8,354 nucleotides of DNA from a virus (IMGVR_UViG_2671180574_000007:1-8354); one strand, 5' to 3'; counted from the stretch's first letter, positions 1 to 6,758 are shown. Notes: generated from the sequence alone by a model not told the origin. Translations and numbers: made by a program.

Positions 1-122
1 GAAGCATGGGCTGAGCGGCAGTTAAAAAAGGTAACTAGGTAACAAGGTTGATTTTTCCGGAATCTGTGGTAAATTCGTCATAACGATGGGCGTTTTATGC
101 CTGACGTTAGAAGAGTTTCTAC

Positions 123-146
123 AACCCGCCGCCGAGCGGGTTTTTT
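123..146 (+). terminator. Rho-independent terminator (stem cccgc/gcggg, 6-nt loop, T6 tail)
   Basis: Hairpin 125-129/136-140 with flanking A-T pairs, followed by TTTTTT at 141-146; sits downstream of a frame-1 stop at 40-42. Confidence 0.6.
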
Positions 147-266
147 ATGACTGAAATCGCGTCAGTACAGTAAACGCGCTGGTGGCGGTGAATACCTGTC
201 TTTCAGCTTGCTGGCTTTTTCGACAAGAGTTATTGGTGTGTCACGTTAACCGGAAAAGGAAAAGAC

Positions 267-464
267 ATGCTAAAACAGCAGGATATGACAGAAACCGCCA
301 GAGTGGTGTTTAATGAATTAAGCGTTACCGAACCGGCGACAGTCGGGGAGATAGCGCAGAATACTTACCTTTCACGCGAACGCTGCCAGTTAATACTGAC
401 CCAGCTGGTTATGGCGGGTCTGGCAGACTATCAGTTCGGTTGTTACAGACGCCTTCCGCAGTGA
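267..464 (+). CDS. Small winged-helix DNA-binding protein, FaeA/PapI-like (hypothetical regulator, 65 aa)
   Basis: ATG with AGGA-type Shine-Dalgarno about 8 nt upstream; pattern VVFNEL...TVGEIAQNTYLSRERCQLILTQLVMAGL resembles PapI/FaeA-type small winged-helix regulators; intrinsic terminator overlaps the stop codon. Confidence 0.5.
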   Translation: MLKQQDMTETARVVFNELSVTEPATVGEIAQNTYLSRERCQLILTQLVMAGLADYQFGCYRRLPQ

Positions 465-476
465 AGGCTTTTTTAT
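450..476 (+). terminator. Rho-independent terminator overlapping the stop of the 65-aa ORF
   Basis: Perfect 6-bp stem gccttc(451-456)/gaaggc(463-468), 6-nt loop, then TTTTTT(469-474)ATTTG. Confidence 0.65.
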
Positions 477-493
477 TTGTGGTAAATGGGCGG

Positions 494-582
494 CTGGTGG
501 GTGTTAGGGGCACCCACCAGCCATCTGCTCATGCGTTGGGTTCACAAGCAAACCTCAGGCCCACTGCTTTGCGCAAAAGCAG
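494..582 (+). promoter_or_regulatory. Structured leader upstream of the methyltransferase gene (two stable hairpins, neither terminator-like)
   Basis: Perfect 10-bp inverted repeat ctggtgggtg/cacccaccag (494-503/511-520, 7-nt loop) and 7-bp stem ctgcttt/aaagcag (564-570/576-582); no T-run after either. Confidence 0.4.
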
Positions 583-614
583 AATGAGCCTATCAGAGAC
601 AGGCTTAATGATCC

Positions 615-1673
615 ATGCTTAATACTGTAAAAATATCCAGTTGTGAGTTAATCAACGCCGACTGCCTGGAATTTATCCGGTCGTTACCCGAAAATTCTGT
701 TGACCTGATAGTCACGGACCCGCCGTACTTTAAAGTGAAGCCTGAGGGCTGGGATAACCAGTGGAAGGGCGACGATGATTACCTGAAGTGGCTGGACCAG
801 TGTCTGGCGCAGTTCTGGCGGGTGCTGAAACCTGCCGGAAGTCTTTACCTGTTCTGTGGTCATCGCCTGGCATCTGATATCGAAATCATGATGCGTGAAC
901 GCTTCAGTGTGCTGAACCATATTATCTGGGCGAAGCCGTCCGGACGCTGGAACGGATGCAACAAGGAAAGCCTGCGGGCGTATTTCCCCGCCACAGAGCG
1001 CATTCTGTTCGCGGAACATTATCAGGGGCCGTATCGTCCGAAAGATGCCGGGTATGCGGCGAAGGGCAGTGCACTGAAACAGCATGTGATGGCCCCGCTG
1101 ATTTCTTACTTTCGTGATGCGCGAGCTGCCCTGGGGATAACGGCAAAACAGATTGCAGATGCCACAGGAAAGAAAAACATGGTGTCGCACTGGTTCAGTG
1201 CCGGTCAGTGGCAGTTGCCGAATGAAAGCGATTATCTGAAATTACAGGCGCTGTTTGCCCGGGTGGCAGAAGAGAAGCATCGGCGTGGTGAACTGGAAAA
1301 GCTCCACCACCAGCTGGTGGATACGTATACCTCACTGAACCGGCAGTATGCGGAGCTGCTGAGTGAATATAAACATCTGCGGCGGTATTTTGGCGTGACG
1401 GTGCAGGTGCCGTATACCGATGTGTGGACGCATAAACCGGTGCAGTTCTATCCCGGGAAACATCCGTGCGAAAAACCGGCAGAAATGCTGCAGCAGATAA
1501 TCAGCGCTAGCAGTCGTCCGGGTGACCTGATTGCAGATTTTTTCATGGGGTTGGGTTCGACAGTGAAAGCGGCACTGGCGCTCGGGCGTCGTGCAATTGG
1601 CGTTGAGCTGGAGACTGAACGTTTTGAGCAGACGGTTCGGGAAGTACAGGATTTAGTCAGCCAGAACGGATGA
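615..1673 (+). CDS. DNA methyltransferase, beta-class (motif IV before motif I), probable N6-adenine specificity; orphan (no adjacent restriction enzyme)
   Basis: 352-aa ORF; N-terminal LIVTDPPYF (motif IV, DPPY) and C-terminal DFFMGLGST (motif I, FxGxG AdoMet site); central insert with HTH-like/coiled-coil segment typical of a target-recognition region. Weak Shine-Dalgarno. Confidence 0.88.
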   Translation: MLNTVKISSCELINADCLEFIRSLPENSVDLIVTDPPYFKVKPEGWDNQWKGDDDYLKWLDQCLAQFWRVLKPAGSLYLFCGHRLASDIEIMMRERFSVLNHIIWAKPSGRWNGCNKESLRAYFPATERILFAEHYQGPYRPKDAGYAAKGSALKQHVMAPLISYFRDARAALGITAKQIADATGKKNMVSHWFSAGQWQLPNESDYLKLQALFARVAEEKHRRGELEKLHHQLVDTYTSLNRQYAELLSEYKHLRRYFGVTVQVPYTDVWTHKPVQFYPGKHPCEKPAEMLQQIISASSRPGDLIADFFMGLGSTVKAALALGRRAIGVELETERFEQTVREVQDLVSQNG

Positions 1674-1713
1674 TATTGAAGAATTAATTACGCGTCGTTA
1701 TTATGCGGCTCCC

Positions 1714-1789
1714 GGCCCTTTAGCTCAGTGGTGAGAGCGAGCGACTCATAATCGCTTGGTCGTTGGTTCAAACCCAACAGGGGCCACCA
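1714..1789 (+). tRNA. tRNA with anticodon CAU, tRNA-Ile2-like (lysidine-dependent AUA decoder); elongator tRNA-Met not excluded
   Basis: Hand-folded cloverleaf: acceptor 1714-1720/1779-1785 (one G-U), D-stem gctc/gagc, anticodon stem agcga/tcgct with loop cTCATAa (anticodon 1747-1749), T-arm gttgg-ttcaaac-ccaac, discriminator A, encoded CCA. Acceptor and anticodon stems resemble E. coli ileX-type tRNA from memory. Confidence 0.85.
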
Positions 1790-1797
1790 TATCTATC

Positions 1798-1836
1798 AAG
1801 GGGTTACGTTAACAGCGTGACCCCTTCGTTTTTTCT
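1798..1836 (+). terminator. Rho-independent terminator downstream of the tRNA
   Basis: 7-bp stem aaggggt(1798-1804)/acccctt(1820-1826) with structured loop, followed by cgTTTTTT (1829-1834). Confidence 0.65.
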
Positions 1837-2115
1837 AGGATACCTATAGGATACCGTGACAGAGTATAAGCAGGTATAAAAACAACAAGTTACGCAACAT
1901 CATACCTGTCATGAAACTTTAACTATCCGACATGATAGCTGGTCGATGATCACGGATAATCCGTTATGTGGATCCCCATATCGGCATCAGGCCCACCAGC
2001 GTGAAGCGTTTTTCATTTTTCGCGGGTATAAAAAATCGATGGGGCTGGCAGTCCGGAAGACGTCAGGGTACAGAGATTTGACCCGCCCCTCCCTGTGCAT
2101 GGGCACAATAAGTAA

Positions 2116-2139
2116 CCGAAGGCGGAATTCCGCCCTCGG
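2116..2139. repeat. 24-bp near-perfect palindrome (11 of 12 pairs) centred on GAATTC
   Basis: ccgaaggcggaattccgccctcgg; T-rich flank on the minus-strand side, so it could act as a weak terminator for the convergent minus-strand cluster. Confidence 0.55.
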
Positions 2140-2172
2140 TACTCACATATGAGAAACGATATTTCTTCCTCT

Positions 2173-2253
2173 GATACCCAAAATATGGGTATCACAAGTA
2201 ACCCCCAAAATCTGGGTGTTGCTCTTACTACCCAAACTACGGGTAGTTTCCGT
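2173..2253. repeat. Three tandem 27-bp units, each containing a dyad-symmetric core ACCCAAA-N4-GGGT
   Basis: Units 2173-2199, 2200-2226, 2227-2253; cores gatacccaaaatatgggtatc (perfect 8-bp arms), aacccccaaaatctgggtgtt, actacccaaactacgggtagt; centre-to-centre spacing 27 bp. Confidence 0.7.
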
Positions 2254-2265
2254 AATTTCATGGTC

Positions 2266-2285
2266 GAGTTGCAGATCTGCAACTC
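2266..2285. repeat. Perfect 20-bp palindrome centred on AGATCT
   Basis: gagttgcagatctgcaactc, 10 of 10 pairs; no U-run on either side. Confidence 0.7.
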
Positions 2286-2330
2286 ACCCACCAGCCAACG
2301 CAATTTTGCGTTATCGGGAATATCAGCAAG

Positions 2331-2618
2331 TTACCGCCGCAGCCGTTCCGGCTTCTTCCACTGGTAAGTATTTTTCGCGCTCTCCCTCCGTTGTTGAGAA
2401 CGGCGACGGTATGCCAGCAACTCAAGGACTCTTGTTCGTATGTTGCGCATATCCACGCCGTTAAGCTCAATACCGTCACGGAGCATCACCTCAGCCACCA
2501 CACGCGCGTAATTTTCAGCGGTGACTGTATCCGGCTGCGCGGCCTGTTCGTCAGCCAACTGGCTGATTCCACCAGCACAGCGGATTAATCGCAGTATTTC
2601 AGATTCGGTCATTATCAT
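2331..2618 (-). CDS. Hypothetical 95-aa protein translationally coupled to the small terminase gene; possibly a truncated remnant
   Basis: ATG at 2616-2618 overlaps the TGA of the upstream gene (ATGA coupling); Arg-rich C-terminal tail (RRRSQQRRESAKNTYQWKKPERLRR) runs into non-coding palindromic DNA; no recognisable motif. Confidence 0.45.
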   Translation of the reverse strand: MIMTESEILRLIRCAGGISQLADEQAAQPDTVTAENYARVVAEVMLRDGIELNGVDMRNIRTRVLELLAYRRRSQQRRESAKNTYQWKKPERLRR

Positions 2619-3100
2619 GCCTGTTTTGCGACCTCATTCACTACGTCATTTTTTACCATCCGGCTGATAATCTGATTACGCAAATCGTCAATAATTGACT
2701 GCACTCTGTTTACTGCCATCGGTTTAAGCCCGGCATCACGTGCCAGAATATTGGGGAGTTTTGCCAGTTCCTCGCTTACGATTTCCCCCCATATAGCCAT
2801 CTCTTTTCGCACATCATCGGCGGGTATGAGTTGCGCCGTTTCCTGTTCGAACTTGAGGCGCTCACGTTCGGACTGATACCAGGCCTTACGGTCATGTGGC
2901 TCCATTTCTTCCAGTGATGCCGGAACGGGAAGATCAAGAAAACAGGTCAGAATGTCAGTCACCCGATAGAGTTTCAGCTTGTCATGCCCTCCGGCTGGCT
3001 GGATGTTTTTCAGCCTTGCCGCCGCAGTCTGACGACATATTCCCGCTATCGCCGCCAGTTGATTAATGTTCAGCATCAGATTTTTCAGTTCTCGATCCAT
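2615..3100 (-). CDS. Terminase small subunit, lambda Nu1-like (DNA packaging protein), about 161 aa
   Basis: Start placed at the internal ATG (3098-3100) preceded by GGAG 5 nt upstream; the six-frame ORF extends to 3187 without a Shine-Dalgarno. N-terminal HTH pattern LNINQLAAIAGICRQTAAARLKN...GG..KL.LY and downstream helical region align by eye with lambda Nu1. Confidence 0.65.
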   Translation of the reverse strand: MDRELKNLMLNINQLAAIAGICRQTAAARLKNIQPAGGHDKLKLYRVTDILTCFLDLPVPASLEEMEPHDRKAWYQSERERLKFEQETAQLIPADDVRKEMAIWGEIVSEELAKLPNILARDAGLKPMAVNRVQSIIDDLRNQIISRMVKNDVVNEVAKQA

Positions 3101-3371
3101 ACCCGCTCCAGAATGTTTTAAACATGCATCTTGCGAACAACTTTCAGAAGAGTTCAAAAAATGCGCTATATGTTGAGCATAAAACAAGCAAAACTAACAT
3201 ACCAAAAATAAAAATACTTAAAATTCAATATCATATGAAGATGATGATGACGAATGAAAATGCAAAAACTAGCCTTTTTCCGCGCCGCTCCCGCCCCGCG
3301 GCAGGCCACCTCACCGGGAGGACCCACCCAAAAAAGGCGACTGTCACTATTGTTTATGCTCCATGAGCGAC

Positions 3372-3393
3372 AAAACCGCCCGCAGGCGGTTTT
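3372..3393. terminator. Bidirectional intrinsic terminator hairpin
   Basis: aaaaccgcc-cgca-ggcggtttt: 9-bp stem including A/T arms, 4-nt loop; T-run on both strands; lies about 18 nt downstream of the gpI-like stop on the minus strand. Confidence 0.65.
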
Positions 3394-3410
3394 ACATAAA
3401 ACGTTTTGTA

Positions 3411-4052
3411 TCAGCGACCAATCACCACAATCTGGCCGCCATCCCCTTCATCTGCCGTGCTGATCTCTTGCGAAATCACCCGCGACCCGACGCGCATTTC
3501 ACCGTACAGAACAGGCACAACATTGCCCTGGGCAACCATGTTATCCAGAGAGGAGAAATAGGTGTTCTGCTTACCGTTATCCGTGGTGCTGGCTGTTGCT
3601 GTGCTGGCTTTCGGTGCCAGCATCTGTGCAACACCACCAAGTGTCATCGCCGCCCCCATTGAAAAGAGAATGTCACTGAAAGCGATACTGATTCCTGGCA
3701 TCCAGATTGCCGTAGCAATCAGCGCCGCACCAAGCACCGCCTGAAACACGCCGCCACTTTTGGCACCAGCCAGACGCGGTACGATGTGGATCACGGCACC
3801 ATTTTCCAGCGGTTCATTAAGACGGGCTGATAATTCGTTTTCGCCTGTATCACGCCCGGCAATACGCACCTGATACCAACCATCGCTCAGTTTCTGACGA
3901 AACGCTGGGATCTGCATGGCCAGCGCCCGGATGGCTTCGGCCCCCGTTTTCACATGAAGATCGATGCGGCGGCCAAATCGTTGTAAATCCCCGTAAAGGC
4001 AGATGCGTGCCATGCCCGGTGACGCCAGAGGGAGTGTGTGCGTCGCTGCCAT
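3411..4052 (-). CDS. Phage lambda gpI-like tail (tip) assembly protein
   Basis: 213-aa ORF with N-terminal ubiquitin-like region, central hydrophobic Gly/Ala-rich segment and C-terminal block TTDNGKQNTYFSSLDNMVAQGNV.PVLYGEMRVGSRV.SQEISTADEG that matches lambda tail assembly protein I as recalled from memory; GAGAGG Shine-Dalgarno about 10 nt upstream. Confidence 0.6.
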   Translation of the reverse strand: MAATHTLPLASPGMARICLYGDLQRFGRRIDLHVKTGAEAIRALAMQIPAFRQKLSDGWYQVRIAGRDTGENELSARLNEPLENGAVIHIVPRLAGAKSGGVFQAVLGAALIATAIWMPGISIAFSDILFSMGAAMTLGGVAQMLAPKASTATASTTDNGKQNTYFSSLDNMVAQGNVVPVLYGEMRVGSRVISQEISTADEGDGGQIVVIGR

Positions 4053-4141
4053 TTGTCGGTATACCTCTCTCGTTTGCTCAGTTGTTCAGGAATATGGTGC
4101 GGCAGCTCGCCGCCCCACGTGTTCAAAGTACCGCCTTGTTG

Positions 4142-6055
4142 TCATGCTCCATTCGATTTCAGCAATCCACGATAATCGAGGGCCGCGACACCTGCATCTA
4201 TGCGCACCTTCCAGGCGACACCATCAACAGTAAAGCCCACCTGCTCCTCAAGATATGGCGTATCCATACCATCAAGATAAGCGACTTCTATTGTGTCCAT
4301 CCCCTTAGCTGCGGCTACATACCATTCCTTGCTATTGGCCTTATCAAGACGTGGCTCAACAATTACTTCTGCCATATCTTTCACAACGTTAATGATGCCG
4401 GGGTTCTGATTGATAGTGCCCTCATCACCAACCGGAAAGACTGATGACGATGACAGAATGGCGCGACGCGCGGCAGATTCCAGCGCGGCAGGGACCAGAA
4501 CAAAAGCAGGGGTAATATTCAGTGAGTCGCCGTTAGCATCCTCCTGGAGGCGCATCAGCTTACGGGCTTCATCAAGCCCCACCATGTCCATATCCTTCGC
4601 AATAAGATTTTTATGATCGGCATGGAATAACGCTTTACCATCCGTAAACTTGCCGTTGCTGGTTAACAGGAGATAAACCAGATTGCCAACTGTTCTGGCG
4701 GCTGCGCGTCCCATCGCCATGGGGATTGTAGTTAACTGGGTCAGGTCATCGTTGATAATGGCCTGACGGGTAACGGAAAAAATATTCCCGTACGTGGCCA
4801 GCGCAATAGGTACACCTTTATCGCTGGTGGTGATGTATTTATATTCCGCACCTTCCGGTACTTTATCCAGCTTTGAAAAACCATTCAGACCAACGCGCTT
4901 TGCTTCATGAAAGTTTGAAAGCGAACCGGTACGCGTCCATTTCTGGAACGTTTCGCCGCTGTCCTGCCAGCCTTTCAGTACAGATTTTTCAGCCCCACCA
5001 GCCAGAATATGAGAAAAATCACTGCTGCTGTGTGTAAAAGCCGCATTAACAACCTGCGAGCGATTAATAAAACCACTCACAGTGATACCACGATCAACCA
5101 GTGATGCCTGGGCCATTTCAAAAAGGCTCATCATCGCGTAAGGGTTGCCTCGTTCAGGGCGTTCATACCCAAGACGGGAATAAAGCCCCTGACGAATTGC
5201 ATCACCTGTTATGTTTCCGTTTCCGGCATAGATATGAGGCGGGGTATTTTTATTGGATGGCGTGGACTCGCGCCCCAGCTCGTTCAACAGCTTTTCACGG
5301 GCCATTTCCGGTGTACATGATGCATCTTCCAGACACGCCATTTTGATCCCGTCGTAACGACTGCCGAACAGGCTAAACACTTCACTTATTCCATTGATGC
5401 GTTTCTGTTCATTACCAGCAATATTTGCCGCTCCCTGTGGCGGTGTAATCATTCCTTTAATGGTTTCCGGCATATGTAAAAAATCTCCTGTGCGCTTCGA
5501 TTCAATTCGCGCCATTGCTCTGACGGATGGCAACAATTCATCAGCAAAACCGTGCTTAAGGCATTCTTTCCCGTCCATCCAGGTTTCATCTTCCAGCATG
5601 GCGGTAATTTCCTGTGCTGATTTGCCCGTTTTTCTGGCATAAGCAGGGACTAACACGGTTTCCACCTTATCCAGCAAATCAGCATAATCACGCATATCAC
5701 CAGCATTTCCGCCAGAGATACCCCACGGCTTATGTATCATCATCATGGCGTTTTCCGGCATCACAACACGATCGCCAGCCATTGCGACCACCGAAGCCAT
5801 TGAAGCCGCAACACCATCGATATAAACCGTAATGTCTGCCGGATGATTCCGTAGCAGGTTATAGATGGCGATGCCTTCAAACACATCACCACCTGGTGAA
5901 TGGATCCTCAGATTGATATGTGAAACATCGCCAAGGGCTTTCAGGTCTTCCGCGAACTGCTTTGCAGTAACACCGAAGCCGCCAATCTCCTCATAGATAG
6001 ATATATCCGCCGCTCCGCGAACATCCGCCGCCTTAATGGTGTACCAGCGATTCAT
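4142..6055 (-). CDS. Fusion protein: ClpP-like (S14) prohead protease N-terminal domain plus HK97-fold major capsid protein C-terminal domain
   Basis: 637 aa; N-terminal ...LRIHSPGGDVFEGIAIYN...GVAASMASVV...MMIHKPWG... carries ClpP catalytic Ser/His context; C-terminal roughly 330 aa has capsid-like architecture (motif-level assignment, weaker); ATGA overlap with upstream small ORF. Confidence 0.75.
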   Translation of the reverse strand: MNRWYTIKAADVRGAADISIYEEIGGFGVTAKQFAEDLKALGDVSHINLRIHSPGGDVFEGIAIYNLLRNHPADITVYIDGVAASMASVVAMAGDRVVMPENAMMMIHKPWGISGGNAGDMRDYADLLDKVETVLVPAYARKTGKSAQEITAMLEDETWMDGKECLKHGFADELLPSVRAMARIESKRTGDFLHMPETIKGMITPPQGAANIAGNEQKRINGISEVFSLFGSRYDGIKMACLEDASCTPEMAREKLLNELGRESTPSNKNTPPHIYAGNGNITGDAIRQGLYSRLGYERPERGNPYAMMSLFEMAQASLVDRGITVSGFINRSQVVNAAFTHSSSDFSHILAGGAEKSVLKGWQDSGETFQKWTRTGSLSNFHEAKRVGLNGFSKLDKVPEGAEYKYITTSDKGVPIALATYGNIFSVTRQAIINDDLTQLTTIPMAMGRAAARTVGNLVYLLLTSNGKFTDGKALFHADHKNLIAKDMDMVGLDEARKLMRLQEDANGDSLNITPAFVLVPAALESAARRAILSSSSVFPVGDEGTINQNPGIINVVKDMAEVIVEPRLDKANSKEWYVAAAKGMDTIEVAYLDGMDTPYLEEQVGFTVDGVAWKVRIDAGVAALDYRGLLKSNGA

Positions 6056-6261
6056 TGTTCCCCCACCGATGCAAAACCATTCTGATTAAGCCAGGTGTTT
6101 ACGGCATGTCTGACAATCTGCGCCACACCTGGTAATGGTTGGTCAGGATGATGATTTATATGGTCGATCCTGTACTGCTTAAGGCGCATAACGGTCTGCG
6201 CATCCAGATGAACGGAACCACCTCTGGTATCACCTGTGTTCAGGTCATTAATACAACTCAC
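6052..6261 (-). CDS. Hypothetical 69-aa protein, first gene of the capsid operon
   Basis: GTG start with strong GAGGAAG Shine-Dalgarno 5 nt upstream; stop overlaps the fusion-gene ATG; AT-rich putative promoter region upstream (6262-6360). Confidence 0.55.
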   Translation of the reverse strand: MSCINDLNTGDTRGGSVHLDAQTVMRLKQYRIDHINHHPDQPLPGVAQIVRHAVNTWLNQNGFASVGEQ

Positions 6262-6361
6262 AGCAACTTCCTCTGACTGACTAAACTATGCACATTATTG
6301 ATCTATAAAAGTGGTAAATAAACATATTTCTATCATAAAAACAGATTAATTAGATTCAGAC

Positions 6362-6387
6362 ACAAAAAAGCCGGATTTCTCCGGCTT
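6362..6387 (-). terminator. Rho-independent terminator on the minus strand between the origin and the capsid operon
   Basis: 8-bp stem aagccgga/tccggctt (6368-6375/6380-6387), 4-nt loop; on the minus strand followed by TTTTTTGTG. Confidence 0.7.
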
Positions 6388-6514
6388 CTGTCACTCGTTG
6401 CTTAAAACGGTATGTTATCCCCGTACGGATCATCATTCCCCGCCTGTTGTTTTGGTGTGCTTCGCTGTCATAGGCTTTATCTCACAGCAGTAAATTAAAA
6501 TTTTTGCGTTTTAA

Positions 6515-6745
6515 CCCTTCACCTGTTCACCTTTTGATATTTTCTCTATTAATTCATAATGTTAAGGGGTGAACAGTTTCAAAAAAACTATTCACCAACT
6601 GTTCACCACTGTTCACCCTTGAAGCTCAATAAACAATCAAAAAGGTGAACAGTGAATAGTTTGGTGAACAGTTCATAAATAACTGCTCACCCTATAATAT
6701 ACTGATATAAAAGATATTTATGACAGGGTGAACAGTGGTGAACAG
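6515..6745. repeat. Iteron cluster: putative P4-type replication origin (octamer TGTTCACC / GGTGAACA)
   Basis: Perfect octamers at 6524-6531(+), 6568-6575(-), 6600-6607(+), 6610-6617(+), 6644-6651(-), 6663-6670(-), 6727-6734(-), 6737-6744(-), plus degenerate copies (6517-6523, 6590-6596, 6652-6659, 6684-6691); AT-rich flanks; directly downstream of the primase stop. Confidence 0.8.
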
Positions 6746-6758
6746 TTATTCCATAAGT

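Noticed and set aside
440-622. 60-aa plus-strand ORF spanning the gap between the small regulator and the methyltransferase
   Set aside because: Overlaps the terminator and hairpins, has no Shine-Dalgarno, and its composition reflects the structured leader rather than coding sequence.
623-642. LexA-box-like sequence TACTGTAAAAATATCCAGTT (CTGT-N8-CCAG)
   Set aside because: It deviates from the consensus at the right half-site and lies inside the first codons of the methyltransferase CDS rather than over a promoter; probably fortuitous, though SOS control is not excluded.
684-1190. 168-aa minus-strand ORF (and 74-aa ORF at 922-1146) inside the methyltransferase gene
   Set aside because: Entirely antisense to a well-supported CDS with clear motifs; no ribosome-binding site; typical shadow ORFs.
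1714-1789. tRNA as the integration site (attL/attR) of the adjacent minus-strand cluster
   Set aside because: No integrase next to the tRNA and no duplicated tRNA 3' segment within the window; the tRNA has its own terminator and groups with the plus-strand methyltransferase unit.
1963-1976. DnaA-box-like sequence near ttatgtggatcc
   Set aside because: Matches the TTATCCACA consensus only partially (reverse complement is TCCACATAA) and is isolated; the iteron cluster is a far better origin candidate.
2173-2253. Possible CRISPR array
   Set aside because: Units are only 27 bp with internal dyad symmetry and 6-8 bp variable segments; there are no 25-40 bp unique spacers or uniform repeats, and no cas genes.
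1946-2367. Small plus- and minus-strand ORFs (68, 96, 72 aa) across the palindromic junction
   Set aside because: No ribosome-binding sites, low-complexity translations, and they run through palindromes and tandem repeats; most likely non-coding.
3101-3187. N-terminal 29-codon extension of the TerS ORF
   Set aside because: No ribosome-binding site at 3187, whereas the internal ATG at 3098-3100 has GGAG 5 nt upstream and starts where Nu1-like similarity begins.
3562-5832. Multiple plus-strand ORFs of 60-145 aa (3562-3744, 4003-4444, 5101-5346, 5394-5642, 5614-5832)
   Set aside because: All are antisense to the gpI-like and protease-capsid genes and lack start signals; shadow ORFs.
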